A stretch of 64,000 nucleotides of DNA from positions 2,151 through 66,150 of the forward strand of contig JAHBVY010000010.1 of NCBI GenBank assembly GCA_019637265.1, read 5' to 3'. Below, piece after piece: positions 41,135-49,430 of the stretch. The notes under the pieces were generated by a model that ran no database searches, had not been told where the DNA came from, and worked only from the letters and a program-made list of their open reading frames with translations. A program made the position numbers and the translations under genes. This stretch comes from Polyangiaceae bacterium. GTDB taxonomy: Bacteria > Myxococcota_A > Polyangia > Polyangiales > Polyangiaceae. Position 1 is the stretch's first letter. The number at the start of each line of letters is the position of its first letter.

Positions 41135-41225
41135 CATTGCCGCGCGGCTTTGCTCGCTGCTCCGACTCGAGCACATGACTCATTGCCGCGCGGCTTTTAT
41201 CGTGACGCATTGCCGCGCGGTTTTG
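41135..41225 (+). promoter_or_regulatory. three direct copies of CATTGCCGCGCGGCTTTT (candidate regulator-binding array)
   Basis: Copies at 41135, 41181 and 41208, spaced 46 and 27 bp apart, 60-150 bp upstream of the ORF at 41287. Confidence 0.4.
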
Positions 41226-41286
41226 TCAGCGCCGCGGCGCCCAAGTTCTGCTGGCGCGCGCGCAGACCATCGGTTACGGTCGCAGC

Positions 41287-41961
41287 ATGGCGAGAGGATC
41301 CAAGAAGAAGGGCGGAAGTTTCAAGTGGCCCGCCGCCGTGCGGAAGCAGCCACCTTCGCCGCTCACCCTGAAGGATGCCTACGAAACAGGGCGCATCGTC
41401 TTCGAGCACTTCGACCAAATGTCGAACCGCGAGATCGTCGATCGAGAGAAGCTGACGATCACCAAGCTCACGCTGCACCGCTGCTGCGCCGCCTACCGCG
41501 TGCTCCAGAACCTGAAGTACACGCCTGAGAGCTGCCCCTTCGGCTTCGGCGTCGCTGCCCGGCTGGATCTGGTGGAAGAGAAGTACCAGGCGGCGCTCGC
41601 CAAGCGCACCGTGGATGAGGGCCTCTCCACGCAGCGGCTCGAGCTACACATCGCCCAGCTCCGGCAGAAGCACCCGCGCAGCGCCGGTAAGCAGCCCATG
41701 CCGCGCTTCGAGCGCGCGCTGGGGCGCCTCGCGCCGTTCACGGACGGTCACTTCAACCTGGTGGGGGACCTCGAGCGGGTGAGCGAGCTCTCGGAGGAGA
41801 AGCGCGGGCAGCTGCAGCGCCGCGCCGCCCAGCTGCGGGCCGAGTTGGAGAGGGTGGAGAAGGCGCTCAGCGCGTCGCGGGGTACACGCAGCGGAAGCCC
41901 ACGTGCGGCTCGCGCTGACCGCGCGGCCCCTCGGGCACCCGCTCGAAGGACCAACTCTTGA
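41287..41961 (+). CDS. hypothetical basic protein
   Basis: ATG with 'GAGAGGATCC' upstream. The C-terminal 95 nt overlap the convergent FGE-family gene, so the true 3' end or the gene's reality is uncertain. Confidence 0.35.
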   Translation: MARGSKKKGGSFKWPAAVRKQPPSPLTLKDAYETGRIVFEHFDQMSNREIVDREKLTITKLTLHRCCAAYRVLQNLKYTPESCPFGFGVAARLDLVEEKYQAALAKRTVDEGLSTQRLELHIAQLRQKHPRSAGKQPMPRFERALGRLAPFTDGHFNLVGDLERVSELSEEKRGQLQRRAAQLRAELERVEKALSASRGTRSGSPRAARADRAAPRAPARRTNS

Positions 41962-42757
41962 GCTCCGCCGCGCCCTGCGAGCGGTAGGAGCCGCCGCGCG
42001 CGTAGTAGGTGCCGTCCGGCTCCCGCGCCCACTCCGCGACGTTGCCGATCAAGTCCTGCACGCCCTCCGGGCTCGCGCCCCCTGGTGTGATCCCCGTCAG
42101 CTCCGGGCCGCGTCCCCCGAAGCCGCACGGCCCCTTGATGCGCCCATACACAGCGCGGCGACACACGAGCCCCGTATGCCCCCACGCGAAGCGACGCGAG
42201 CCCTCCCCCATCGCCGCGAACAGCCACTGATCGGAGGTGGGCAGGCTCCCACCCGCTTGACGACAGAACTCGCCCGCGCCGAGCGGCGTGACGGAGGTCA
42301 CGGGCCGCCCTGGTTCGTCATCCACCCGCCCTTCACAGGCGCCGCGCCGCACACAAGCGTTCCAGCGCTCGATGGTCACCTCATAAGCGTCCATCAAGAA
42401 CGGCTCCACTCGCACCACGCGCGCCTCGATCACCCCCTGCGACTCCCAGTCGCTCGGACCCATCGTCAGGGAACCTCCGCGGATCGCCACGCGCGCCTCC
42501 GGGGCGGCGCAGCCCTCCTCCGAAGGCCGCGTGAGGCGTGACAGCTGCTCCGGGCAGCCGGTGGGCGCCTCCACGCAGGTATCCCCGAGGATACGCTGAC
42601 CCTCACCGCAGCAGCGCGGCCCCTTCGCCACGAGCCCGCTCAGGCAGGCGATGCCCGCGCCGCGCTCGTTGATCGCCGCCCACACCACCAGGCCCCCGAG
42701 CCCCGCGGCGATCAGCACCGTCCCAACCACCAAGGGGACCCTCAGCTCACCGCTCAC
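41867..42757 (-). CDS. membrane-anchored formylglycine-generating-enzyme (SUMF1/EgtB/PvdO) family protein
   Basis: N-terminal TM helix, a Cys-rich segment, and an FGE-sulfatase domain with the hallmark 'DLIGNVAEW' and 'RGGSY'. Confidence 0.8.
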   Translation of the reverse strand: MSGELRVPLVVGTVLIAAGLGGLVVWAAINERGAGIACLSGLVAKGPRCCGEGQRILGDTCVEAPTGCPEQLSRLTRPSEEGCAAPEARVAIRGGSLTMGPSDWESQGVIEARVVRVEPFLMDAYEVTIERWNACVRRGACEGRVDDEPGRPVTSVTPLGAGEFCRQAGGSLPTSDQWLFAAMGEGSRRFAWGHTGLVCRRAVYGRIKGPCGFGGRGPELTGITPGGASPEGVQDLIGNVAEWAREPDGTYYARGGSYRSQGAAELKSWSFERVPEGPRGQREPHVGFRCVYPATR

Positions 42758-42759
42758 GC

Positions 42760-43788
42760 TCAGACCTCGAGCGCTCGCCCGAGCCGCTCCAAACCCTCAT
42801 CGAGTCGTTCGGCGCTCAGGGTGAAGGCCAAGCGGAACCAAGACGGCGCGCCGAAGAAACCACCCGGCGCGACCACCACCCCCTCTTCCTCGATCCCTCG
42901 CAGCACGTGCGGCGTCACGTCGTGAAGCTTCAGGTGCCGCACCCACACGAACAGCGAACCGGGCAGCGGCTCCACGTAAGCGAGCTGCTCGCGCCGCGCG
43001 TCGAGCCACTCGAGCACGCGCTCCCGCTTACCCTGCTGCATCCGGGTGACCCGCTCGAGCAGCCACCCTGCCTGCTCCACCGCGGCGGCGCCCCAAGCGA
43101 AGCAGCTCGGCGGCGCGGCGCCCACCGAGAACATCTCCACGCGCCGCAGCCGCGAGGTGGTGTCAGCGGGGGCGCTGATCCACCCGGCGCGCGCCCACGG
43201 CACCCCGAGGCACTTGGTCACGCTGTTGATGCAGATGAGGTTCGGGGGGCCAAAGGCGGTGCTCGCCGGCTGATACAGCTCGCGATACGCCTCATCCACC
43301 ACCAAGAGCCGATCGGGGCCGAGCAGCGCCGCCAGCTGATGGAGCCACTCGTCAGGGACGTGGGTGGTCGTGGGGTTGTGAGGGTTGGAGAGCAGCACCA
43401 GCTTCGCGTCGGCGAGCGTCGGCATCAGCGCGGCGGGGTCCTCCGCGCGCTCGAAGCGCACCACCTTCGCGCCGCTGGCCGCGGGCACCCGCCACAGCGG
43501 CTCGTACCCGGGCTGCTCCACGGCCACCACGTCACCGTGACCAAGCAGCCCGCGGCACACCACGTCGAGCGCGCCCGAGGCACCGAGCGTCGGCACCAGG
43601 TTCGTGATGGGCACCTGGTAGCGCCCCCCGATCGCATACGTGAAGCGGAGCCGCGCGTCGGCGTCGTCCGGCGCTTCGTAGCCCAGCTCTTGGGGAGCGA
43701 CGGTGGGTGCGCCGCTCGACGCCAAGTCGTACTCCGTGCTGACGAAATGCTGGAGCGCGAACTCCAGGTACTCGATGGGCTGGAGCAT
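42760..43788 (-). CDS. PLP-dependent aminotransferase, class I/II
   Basis: 'LLVVDEAYRELY', '...INSVTKCLGVP...' (Lys in SxxK-like context), and aminotransferase fold I length. It is 2 bp upstream of the FGE-family gene on the same strand. Start chosen at the internal ATG (MLQPIEY). Confidence 0.75.
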   Translation of the reverse strand: MLQPIEYLEFALQHFVSTEYDLASSGAPTVAPQELGYEAPDDADARLRFTYAIGGRYQVPITNLVPTLGASGALDVVCRGLLGHGDVVAVEQPGYEPLWRVPAASGAKVVRFERAEDPAALMPTLADAKLVLLSNPHNPTTTHVPDEWLHQLAALLGPDRLLVVDEAYRELYQPASTAFGPPNLICINSVTKCLGVPWARAGWISAPADTTSRLRRVEMFSVGAAPPSCFAWGAAAVEQAGWLLERVTRMQQGKRERVLEWLDARREQLAYVEPLPGSLFVWVRHLKLHDVTPHVLRGIEEEGVVVAPGGFFGAPSWFRLAFTLSAERLDEGLERLGRALEV

Positions 43789-43932
43789 GTCCTGTGACCT
43801 TACTCTGAAACCCGCCGCACGTGCCCGCCGCGAAACGGCGCACGCTCGTCCAGCCTCCACGACTCACTTGGATTCGGCGCTCACGAGGCGCGCTCACGGG
43901 GGGCGCTCTGAGCGCGCAGCCTTCCCCAAGGC

Positions 43933-43958
43933 GGTGCCGTCCAACCCCCCAAACCCCC
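43933..43958 (+). promoter_or_regulatory. copy (c) of GGTGCCGTCCAACCCC motif with a CCAAACCCCC tail
   Basis: Exact 16-mer, ~85 bp upstream of the UbiA-family gene start and in the same orientation. Confidence 0.35.
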
Positions 43959-44039
43959 GCGTGGCGCAGGAAAGTTGGCGTCAGAATACCGTCAGAAAAC
44001 CCGAATTCTGCCGCGAACTGCGCTATAGGCCCGGGGCTC

Positions 44040-45029
44040 ATGGGCGGTGCCAGCGAGGACGCTACAGAATCCCCGGACGCCGAAGCGCGACCGAGCGAGC
44101 CCGGGAGCCAACCTGGAAGCGAGCCCGGGAGCGGGTTCTTGTGGCGCCTGGGCGGGGTGATCCGCACCGTCCGCCCCCACCAGTGGGTGAAGAACGCCTT
44201 CGTGTTGGCGCCCGTGGTGTTCGCCCGGGAGATCTTCGATCCAGCGCTGCTCACCCGGGCGGGCAGCGCCTTCGGGGTGTTCTGCCTGCTGGCCGGCGCC
44301 GTCTACACCATGAACGACCTGGTCGACGTCGAGTCGGATCGGGTGCACCCGGTGAAGCGCCACCGGCCCATCCCCTCTGGGCGCGTGCCGCTCGGCGTGG
44401 CGCGGGTGATGGCGGTGCTGCTCGTGGCGGTGGCGCTCACGCTGGCGCTGCTCATCAATATCCCGTTCTTCATCGTCGCCTCGCTCTACTTCGCGCAGAA
44501 CCTGGCTTACTCCTTCAAGCTGAAGCACGTCCCCTACCTCGACGTGGGGCTGATCGCGCTCGGCTTCGTGCTGCGGGTGGAGGCGGGCGGCTACGCCGCC
44601 GAGATAGACGTCTCGCATTACTTGATCGCCTGCACGGCGCTGCTCGCCCTGTTCCTTGGGTTCGGTAAGCGGCGCCATGAGCTGGCCGCCAGCCTCCTCA
44701 ACCAGAAGAAGACCCGCGCGGCGCTCGAGCGCTACAGCGCGCGCGGCCTGGACGTCGCGCTGGTGGTGACGGCCATCGCGACGACGCTGGTGTACCTGGC
44801 GTACACGCTGGACAGCAGCACCCGCGCATTTTTCCGCACGGATTACCTGTGGCCGAGCACGGTGTTCGTGGTCGCCGGGGTGGTGCGCTTCCTCCAGCTG
44901 GTGCGGAGCCGCCCCAGCGCCGAGAGCCCCACGCAGGAGATGCTGCGCGATGGCCCCTTCGTGGGCATCGTGCTGCTCTGGGTCGGCCTGGTGCTGTGGA
45001 TCGTCTATAATCTGCGCCCAGGCGGATGA
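44040..45029 (+). CDS. UbiA-family prenyltransferase (decaprenyl-phosphate phosphoribosyltransferase-like)
   Basis: 'NDLVDVESDRVHPVKRHRPIPSGRV' (the Asp-rich motif of the DPPR-synthase branch of UbiA) and ~8 TM helices. The ORF opens at 43821, but its first 73 codons overlap the divergent aminotransferase gene, so the start is placed at ATG 44040. Confidence 0.8.
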   Translation: MGGASEDATESPDAEARPSEPGSQPGSEPGSGFLWRLGGVIRTVRPHQWVKNAFVLAPVVFAREIFDPALLTRAGSAFGVFCLLAGAVYTMNDLVDVESDRVHPVKRHRPIPSGRVPLGVARVMAVLLVAVALTLALLINIPFFIVASLYFAQNLAYSFKLKHVPYLDVGLIALGFVLRVEAGGYAAEIDVSHYLIACTALLALFLGFGKRRHELAASLLNQKKTRAALERYSARGLDVALVVTAIATTLVYLAYTLDSSTRAFFRTDYLWPSTVFVVAGVVRFLQLVRSRPSAESPTQEMLRDGPFVGIVLLWVGLVLWIVYNLRPGG

Positions 45030-45742
45030 GCGAGCTCGCGCAGGTTGCGCCCCCGGTCAAGGAGCCCACCAAGAGCGGGCCGATCACCGATCTGGTGCTC
45101 ACCCTCCCCATCTTCGTGCTCTACCACCTGGGGGTGGTGTTCCTGCCCATCCGCAACGCGGCGGACGTCACCACCCGCGAGCTGATGGCGCTCGCGGACA
45201 ATAGCCTGCTCGCCTACACCGGGCTCACCCTGGGCATCGGGGCGGCCTACGTCGGGGCGCTGCTCTTGTTCCGGCAGCGCGGGGCGCTGCGCCCGGAGCG
45301 CTTCGCGTGGCTCGCGGGGGAGAGCGTGCTCTACGCCATCGCCATGCGGCTGATCGCCGGTTGGGTGGTGGGCAAGGTGTTCCTCGGCGCGGTGATCGGC
45401 GGTCCCTTCGCGGGCTTCATCATGAGCCTCGGCGCGGGTTTCTATGAGGAAATTGCCTTCCGCGTGATCTTGTACGGCTTGGGGCTCAAGCTCTTGGTGC
45501 TGATCACGCCCTCGCTCCTGCCCCTGAGCAAGCTGTGGCTCACCATCGGCTGGGCCGTGATCTGCGCGCTGATCTTCAGCGGTTGGCACTACGTGGGTGA
45601 GCTGGGGGACCCCTTCGAGCCCAAGAGCTTCGTCTTCCGCGCCGTGTGTGGCCTGGTGTTCACCGCCATCTACCACTTCCGCGGCTTCGCCCCCGCCGTG
45701 TGGACCCACGCGCTGTACGACATCTGGGTGCTGGTGCTGTAG
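45026..45742 (+). CDS. CPBP-family (CAAX-type) intramembrane metalloprotease
   Basis: Motifs 'EEIAFR', 'FSGWH' and 'HALYD' in a polytopic membrane protein. Its start overlaps the UbiA stop (ATGA). Confidence 0.8.
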   Translation: MSELAQVAPPVKEPTKSGPITDLVLTLPIFVLYHLGVVFLPIRNAADVTTRELMALADNSLLAYTGLTLGIGAAYVGALLLFRQRGALRPERFAWLAGESVLYAIAMRLIAGWVVGKVFLGAVIGGPFAGFIMSLGAGFYEEIAFRVILYGLGLKLLVLITPSLLPLSKLWLTIGWAVICALIFSGWHYVGELGDPFEPKSFVFRAVCGLVFTAIYHFRGFAPAVWTHALYDIWVLVL

Positions 45743-45836
45743 CGGGCAGCCGCCACTAGACAGTCAGCCCACCCAAAACGCACCGAGGGCGACGACCGGT
45801 AAACCCGTCGTCGCCCTCGCGCCCCCGCCCTACGAC

Positions 45837-47384
45837 TCAGCGCCGACGACGGAAGGCCAAGCCGAGCAAGCCGAGCAGCCCCGCGCCCAGCGCAAACGGT
45901 GAGCTGCTCGAACCAGCGCCGCCCGCCGACACCGAGCAGCCGTCGCTCTTCAAGCGATCGTCACCAGTGCGCGGCTCAGGCCCGGAGCCGCCCTGCGCGC
46001 CGGAGCCACCCGAGCCGCCCTCGGCGCCCACCCCACCGGTGCCCGCGTCGCTGCCACCGGAGCCCGCGGTGCCGCCGCTGCCGCCCGCGCCGGTGCCCGC
46101 GGTGCCACCGCTGCCGCCAGCACCGCTGCCGCCGCTACCACCGACCCCACCCGTACCGCCGCTGCCACCGCTGCTGAACCCGCACTCGGAGGCGCAGTTG
46201 GTCTCGAGGCAGCTGAACCACGCGGTGCGCTCGGCGTTGTCCCCGCAGCTCGCCGCGGGCTCGTCCGCCGTGACGCAGGTGGTGCACTCGGCGTTGCCCG
46301 CGCAGGCCGAGCCCTGGCTGCAGCAGTTCGCCTCGTGACAGGCCGTGCAGCTGTCATCCTGGAACTGGAAGCCGCAGCTCGGGCCCACACACTCCGCCGC
46401 GCACTCGTCGGAGCAGGCGCTGCAGGTGCAGTCGATGATCGCGTTGTAGAGCGGGATCCCCGCGGCGTGCGTGCTGGCGCAGTTTTGAATGCACTCGTTC
46501 GTGGCGCACTCGTTCAGGCAGATCGCCAGATCGTAACAGGGCTGGCTGTCGATACAGGCATCGACGGCGCTGGCGCAGGCGCCGTTCTGCGCCGCGTCCG
46601 AGCAGGTGGAGCAGTTCACCTCCAAGCCCTCTTCCATGTAGGGGCGGATGAAGGAGTCCCAATAGGCGCTGACGCGGATGCTGTAGCCGTCCCCAGAGCA
46701 AGAGCTCGAGGTGGCGCGGTCCACCGCGGAGTGCACCGCGATCACCTGCTGGTTGCTGCCCGTGGTGAGCACCGGGCCGCCGCTGTCACCCGAGCAAATC
46801 CCGCCACCCGAGAGGCTGTAGGTGATGATGGCCTGGCTCACGCCGTTCAGGTTCTTGGTGATGTTGTAGCGCCGCGTGTTGTCGCCAGGCCCAGTGAGGC
46901 CATAGCCAACGCTCATCACCTGCATCCCGTTCGTCACGGAGACTGACGGACCAACCTCCATCGTGGGGGTGCTGGCGTCCACCCCGGAGATGGTGATCAT
47001 CCCCACGTCGTACCGCATGTTCCCGCCGCCGTAGGAGGGGTGCTCCTGGTAGTGCAGCACCGAGTAGGTGCGCGTCGGGCTCATGAAGTTGTCGCCCTGC
47101 CGCACCTGCACCGGGGGGAACGAAGGGTCCACGCAGTGCGCCGCGGTGAGCACGTAGCCCAGGCCGCGCGCGACGTCCTTGTGGATGATGGTGCCGGTGC
47201 ACGCGCTCTGCTCACCCAGCACGGCCACCACCGCCTGGCGCGTGGTGTCCAGGGTGCCGTTGATGATCTCGTGGTCGGTGGCGCCGGCGTGGACGCTGGT
47301 CGCGTCGCCGGTGCCACAGGCGAGGGCCGTGAGGCCGAGCAAGCAAGCCGAGGTGAGGGGGAGTAGTCGCACGAGAGCCTCCAA
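45837..47384 (-). CDS. secreted trypsin-like (S1) serine protease with Cys-rich domain and MYXO-CTERM sorting tail
   Basis: 'TAAHC', 'GDSGGP', and a Cys-rich middle region (~40 Cys). The C-terminus has a Gly/Ser-rich linker then 'DGCSVSAGG...LLGLLGLAFRRRR' (GCS motif, hydrophobic helix, Arg tail). Confidence 0.85.
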   Translation of the reverse strand: MEALVRLLPLTSACLLGLTALACGTGDATSVHAGATDHEIINGTLDTTRQAVVAVLGEQSACTGTIIHKDVARGLGYVLTAAHCVDPSFPPVQVRQGDNFMSPTRTYSVLHYQEHPSYGGGNMRYDVGMITISGVDASTPTMEVGPSVSVTNGMQVMSVGYGLTGPGDNTRRYNITKNLNGVSQAIITYSLSGGGICSGDSGGPVLTTGSNQQVIAVHSAVDRATSSSCSGDGYSIRVSAYWDSFIRPYMEEGLEVNCSTCSDAAQNGACASAVDACIDSQPCYDLAICLNECATNECIQNCASTHAAGIPLYNAIIDCTCSACSDECAAECVGPSCGFQFQDDSCTACHEANCCSQGSACAGNAECTTCVTADEPAASCGDNAERTAWFSCLETNCASECGFSSGGSGGTGGVGGSGGSGAGGSGGTAGTGAGGSGGTAGSGGSDAGTGGVGAEGGSGGSGAQGGSGPEPRTGDDRLKSDGCSVSAGGAGSSSSPFALGAGLLGLLGLAFRRRR

Positions 47385-47711
47385 CGCGAAGTGACGAGCC
47401 GTGTGGGTCGGGTGAGCTTAGCCTGCGTCGCAGAATCCGTCTCGAACAGAACTGCCAGCGCTCGGCCAATCTCCTACGCCGCTCCTTGGCGAATGTTCCT
47501 CAGCGCCTCGTCCCCCGTGTGACGGTGCGGAGGCACGGGGGGCGCGGTGACTTGCCAAACCCCCAACCCCCGAGCATGCGAGCGCACCAGCAGCGCGCGC
47601 CACCGCGGCCCAGAGCCCGCTCGATGCCGAGAAGCTGCCGCTAGCGGTCTCTCGTAGAGCGCGCCACCGCGGCTCAGAGCCCGCCCGACCCCACGGCCGC
47701 CTCGAACGCGC

Positions 47712-48224
47712 TCAAGCCTGACGGCGCCGATCGAGCGCCCACAGCTTCTGAATGACGCGCTGCGTCTCAGGTGACTCCACCAGCGTCCAACTGTCGTGCT
47801 CGGGGCGCTCCTCGGTGATCTCCAGCAGCACCGCGGCCGCCCGCTCCGCCGAGATCAGCTCCCCGGCGCGCCCCGGCAGCTCCACCACCGCGCGACGCGT
47901 GTTCAGGCCCGCCAGGCGCTCCAAGATGCGCTCCACCGTCATGCGGTACACGCGCTCATCGAAGCCCTTGGCCTCGCCCAACCCGAAGAACAAGAGCTTG
48001 TCGAAGGGCAGCTTGGGCCTGCCGGGGAGCAGCACCACCTCCCCCAGCTCCCCCGTCACGAAGCCGCGCAGCAACAGCCGTGAGAGCTTCCCCGAGAAGC
48101 GCCAGTCGATCAGCCCGGCCACGCCGCCCGGCGGCCGCTCCCCCTGCACCAGGCAGCACACCAGCACCTCGGCTCCGGCGAGATCGAGCCGGCGCAAGCT
48201 GGGGGCAACGAAGCGCAGATCCAC
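47712..48224 (-). CDS. hypothetical protein (170 aa), GTG start
   Basis: Co-directional with, and downstream of, nusB. The first 18 codons lie within a tandemly duplicated 56-bp unit. Confidence 0.5.
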   Translation of the reverse strand: MDLRFVAPSLRRLDLAGAEVLVCCLVQGERPPGGVAGLIDWRFSGKLSRLLLRGFVTGELGEVVLLPGRPKLPFDKLLFFGLGEAKGFDERVYRMTVERILERLAGLNTRRAVVELPGRAGELISAERAAAVLLEITEERPEHDSWTLVESPETQRVIQKLWALDRRRQA

Positions 48225-48320
48225 TGACTAATTCTCCCCGGCGAGATCGAGCCGGCTCGAGCTGGGGGCAACGAAGCGCAGATCCACTGACTAGTCCTTG
48301 AAACGCAGACCCACTGACTA
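48175..48320. repeat. tandem direct repeat, period 63 bp, with 2.4 copies
   Basis: CCGGCGAGATCGAGCCGGC-C-AGCTGGGGGCAACGAAGCGCAGATCCACTGACTA at 48175..48230 and 48238..48293 (2 mismatches), plus a partial third copy GAAACGCAGACCCACTGACTAA at 48299..48320. Copy 1 contains the start of the 47712..48224 gene. Confidence 0.8.
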
Positions 48321-48743
48321 ACCCTTGGGCGGATCTTGGCGGCCCAAATCGCTCGCGATGCGATCGAGCACGCCGTTCACGAACGAGCCGCTCTCCGCGG
48401 TGCCGTAGCGCTTCGCGAGCTCCACCGCCTCGTCGATGATCACCGCGCGCGGGATGTCCGGCATGTGCGCGAGCTCCCAGGCCCCGAGCCGCAGCACGTT
48501 GCGATCCACCCGCGCCATGCGCTCGAGGCGCCAGTTGATGCTCGCCTTACGGATGCGCTCGTCAGTTTCGCTGAGCGTCTCCCAGGTGGAGCGCAGCACC
48601 TGGTCGGCGTAGTCACGGCCCTCCGCGTCGCCCGGCAGCTCCCGCCAGAAGCGGTGGATGATGGTGTCCGGCGTCTCCAGCGTCGCCTCCAGCGCGAAGA
48701 GCATCTGCAGCGCCGCCTCGCGCCCGCTGGTGCGCGCTCCCAT
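48318..48743 (-). CDS. nusB: transcription antitermination factor NusB
   Basis: 141 aa, 'ALQMLFALE...', and the classic position after ribH. Confidence 0.9.
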   Translation of the reverse strand: MGARTSGREAALQMLFALEATLETPDTIIHRFWRELPGDAEGRDYADQVLRSTWETLSETDERIRKASINWRLERMARVDRNVLRLGAWELAHMPDIPRAVIIDEAVELAKRYGTAESGSFVNGVLDRIASDLGRQDPPKG

Positions 48744-48744
48744 G

Positions 48745-49272
48745 TCAGAGCCCCGCGAGGCGCAGGGCGCGCTCCACGCTCAGCATCTCGATGGCCGCGA
48801 GCGCCGCCTCCGCGCCCTTGTTGCCCGCCTTGGTCCCGGCGCGCTCGATCGCCTGCTCGATGGAGTCCGTCGTCAGTACCCCGAACGAAACCGGCTTCTT
48901 CGCCGCGAGCGCCGCCACCGCGACCCCCTTGGCCACCTCCCCCGCCACGTAATCGAAGTGGGGCGTGCCGCCGCGGATCACGGCGCCCAGCGCGATCACC
49001 GCGTCGATGTGCGGGCTCTGGGCGACGCGCGCCACCGCCAGCGGAATCTCCCAAGCGCCCGGCACCTTCACCACCATGATGTGGTTCGGGTCGGCGCCGC
49101 TCCGCGTAAGCGTATCCAGCGCGCCCGCCACCAGCTGCTCCGTGATGAAGCTGTTGAAGCGGCCGGCCACGATCGCGTAGCGATCGCCCGACTCCACTCG
49201 AAGATCGCCCTCCACCACGTCCGGCAGCGTGAGCTCGGGCTCGGGGGTGGTGCGTGCTTTGCGTGAGGCCAT
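48745..49272 (-). CDS. ribH: 6,7-dimethyl-8-ribityllumazine synthase
   Basis: '[18 protein letters not shown]...[14 protein letters not shown]...[14 protein letters not shown]'. Confidence 0.9.
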   Translation of the reverse strand: MASRKARTTPEPELTLPDVVEGDLRVESGDRYAIVAGRFNSFITEQLVAGALDTLTRSGADPNHIMVVKVPGAWEIPLAVARVAQSPHIDAVIALGAVIRGGTPHFDYVAGEVAKGVAVAALAAKKPVSFGVLTTDSIEQAIERAGTKAGNKGAEAALAAIEMLSVERALRLAGL

Positions 49273-49292
49273 GGATCTCCTGAGCGTGTTCT

Positions 49293-49313
49293 TTTTGGGG
49301 GTTGGACGGCACC
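49293..49313 (-). promoter_or_regulatory. copy (d) of GGTGCCGTCCAACCCC motif (reverse strand) in the ribH leader
   Basis: On the minus strand it reads GGTGCCGTCCAACCCCCAAAAAGAACACGCTCAGGAGATCCATG, so it ends 21 nt before the ribH ATG, just 5' of the RBS. Confidence 0.35.
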
Positions 49314-49333
49314 GCGCCAGGGCGCGCCTAGAG

Positions 49334-49414
49334 TTTCCACGATGGAAGTGTCACTGCGGTGGAAATATCACTGCTGAGATGTCGCTGCGGTGGAAGTATC
49401 ACCGCGGCTGAGAC
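49334..49414. repeat. hairpin (TTCCACGATGGAA) followed by two tandem 33-bp units in the ribBA-ribH intergenic region
   Basis: GTGTCACTGCGGTGGAAATATCACTGCTGAGAT (49348..49380) and GTCGCTGCGGTGGAAGTATCACCGCGGCTGAGAC (49381..49414). Confidence 0.6.
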
Positions 49415-49430
49415 GTCGACGCGATGAGCG

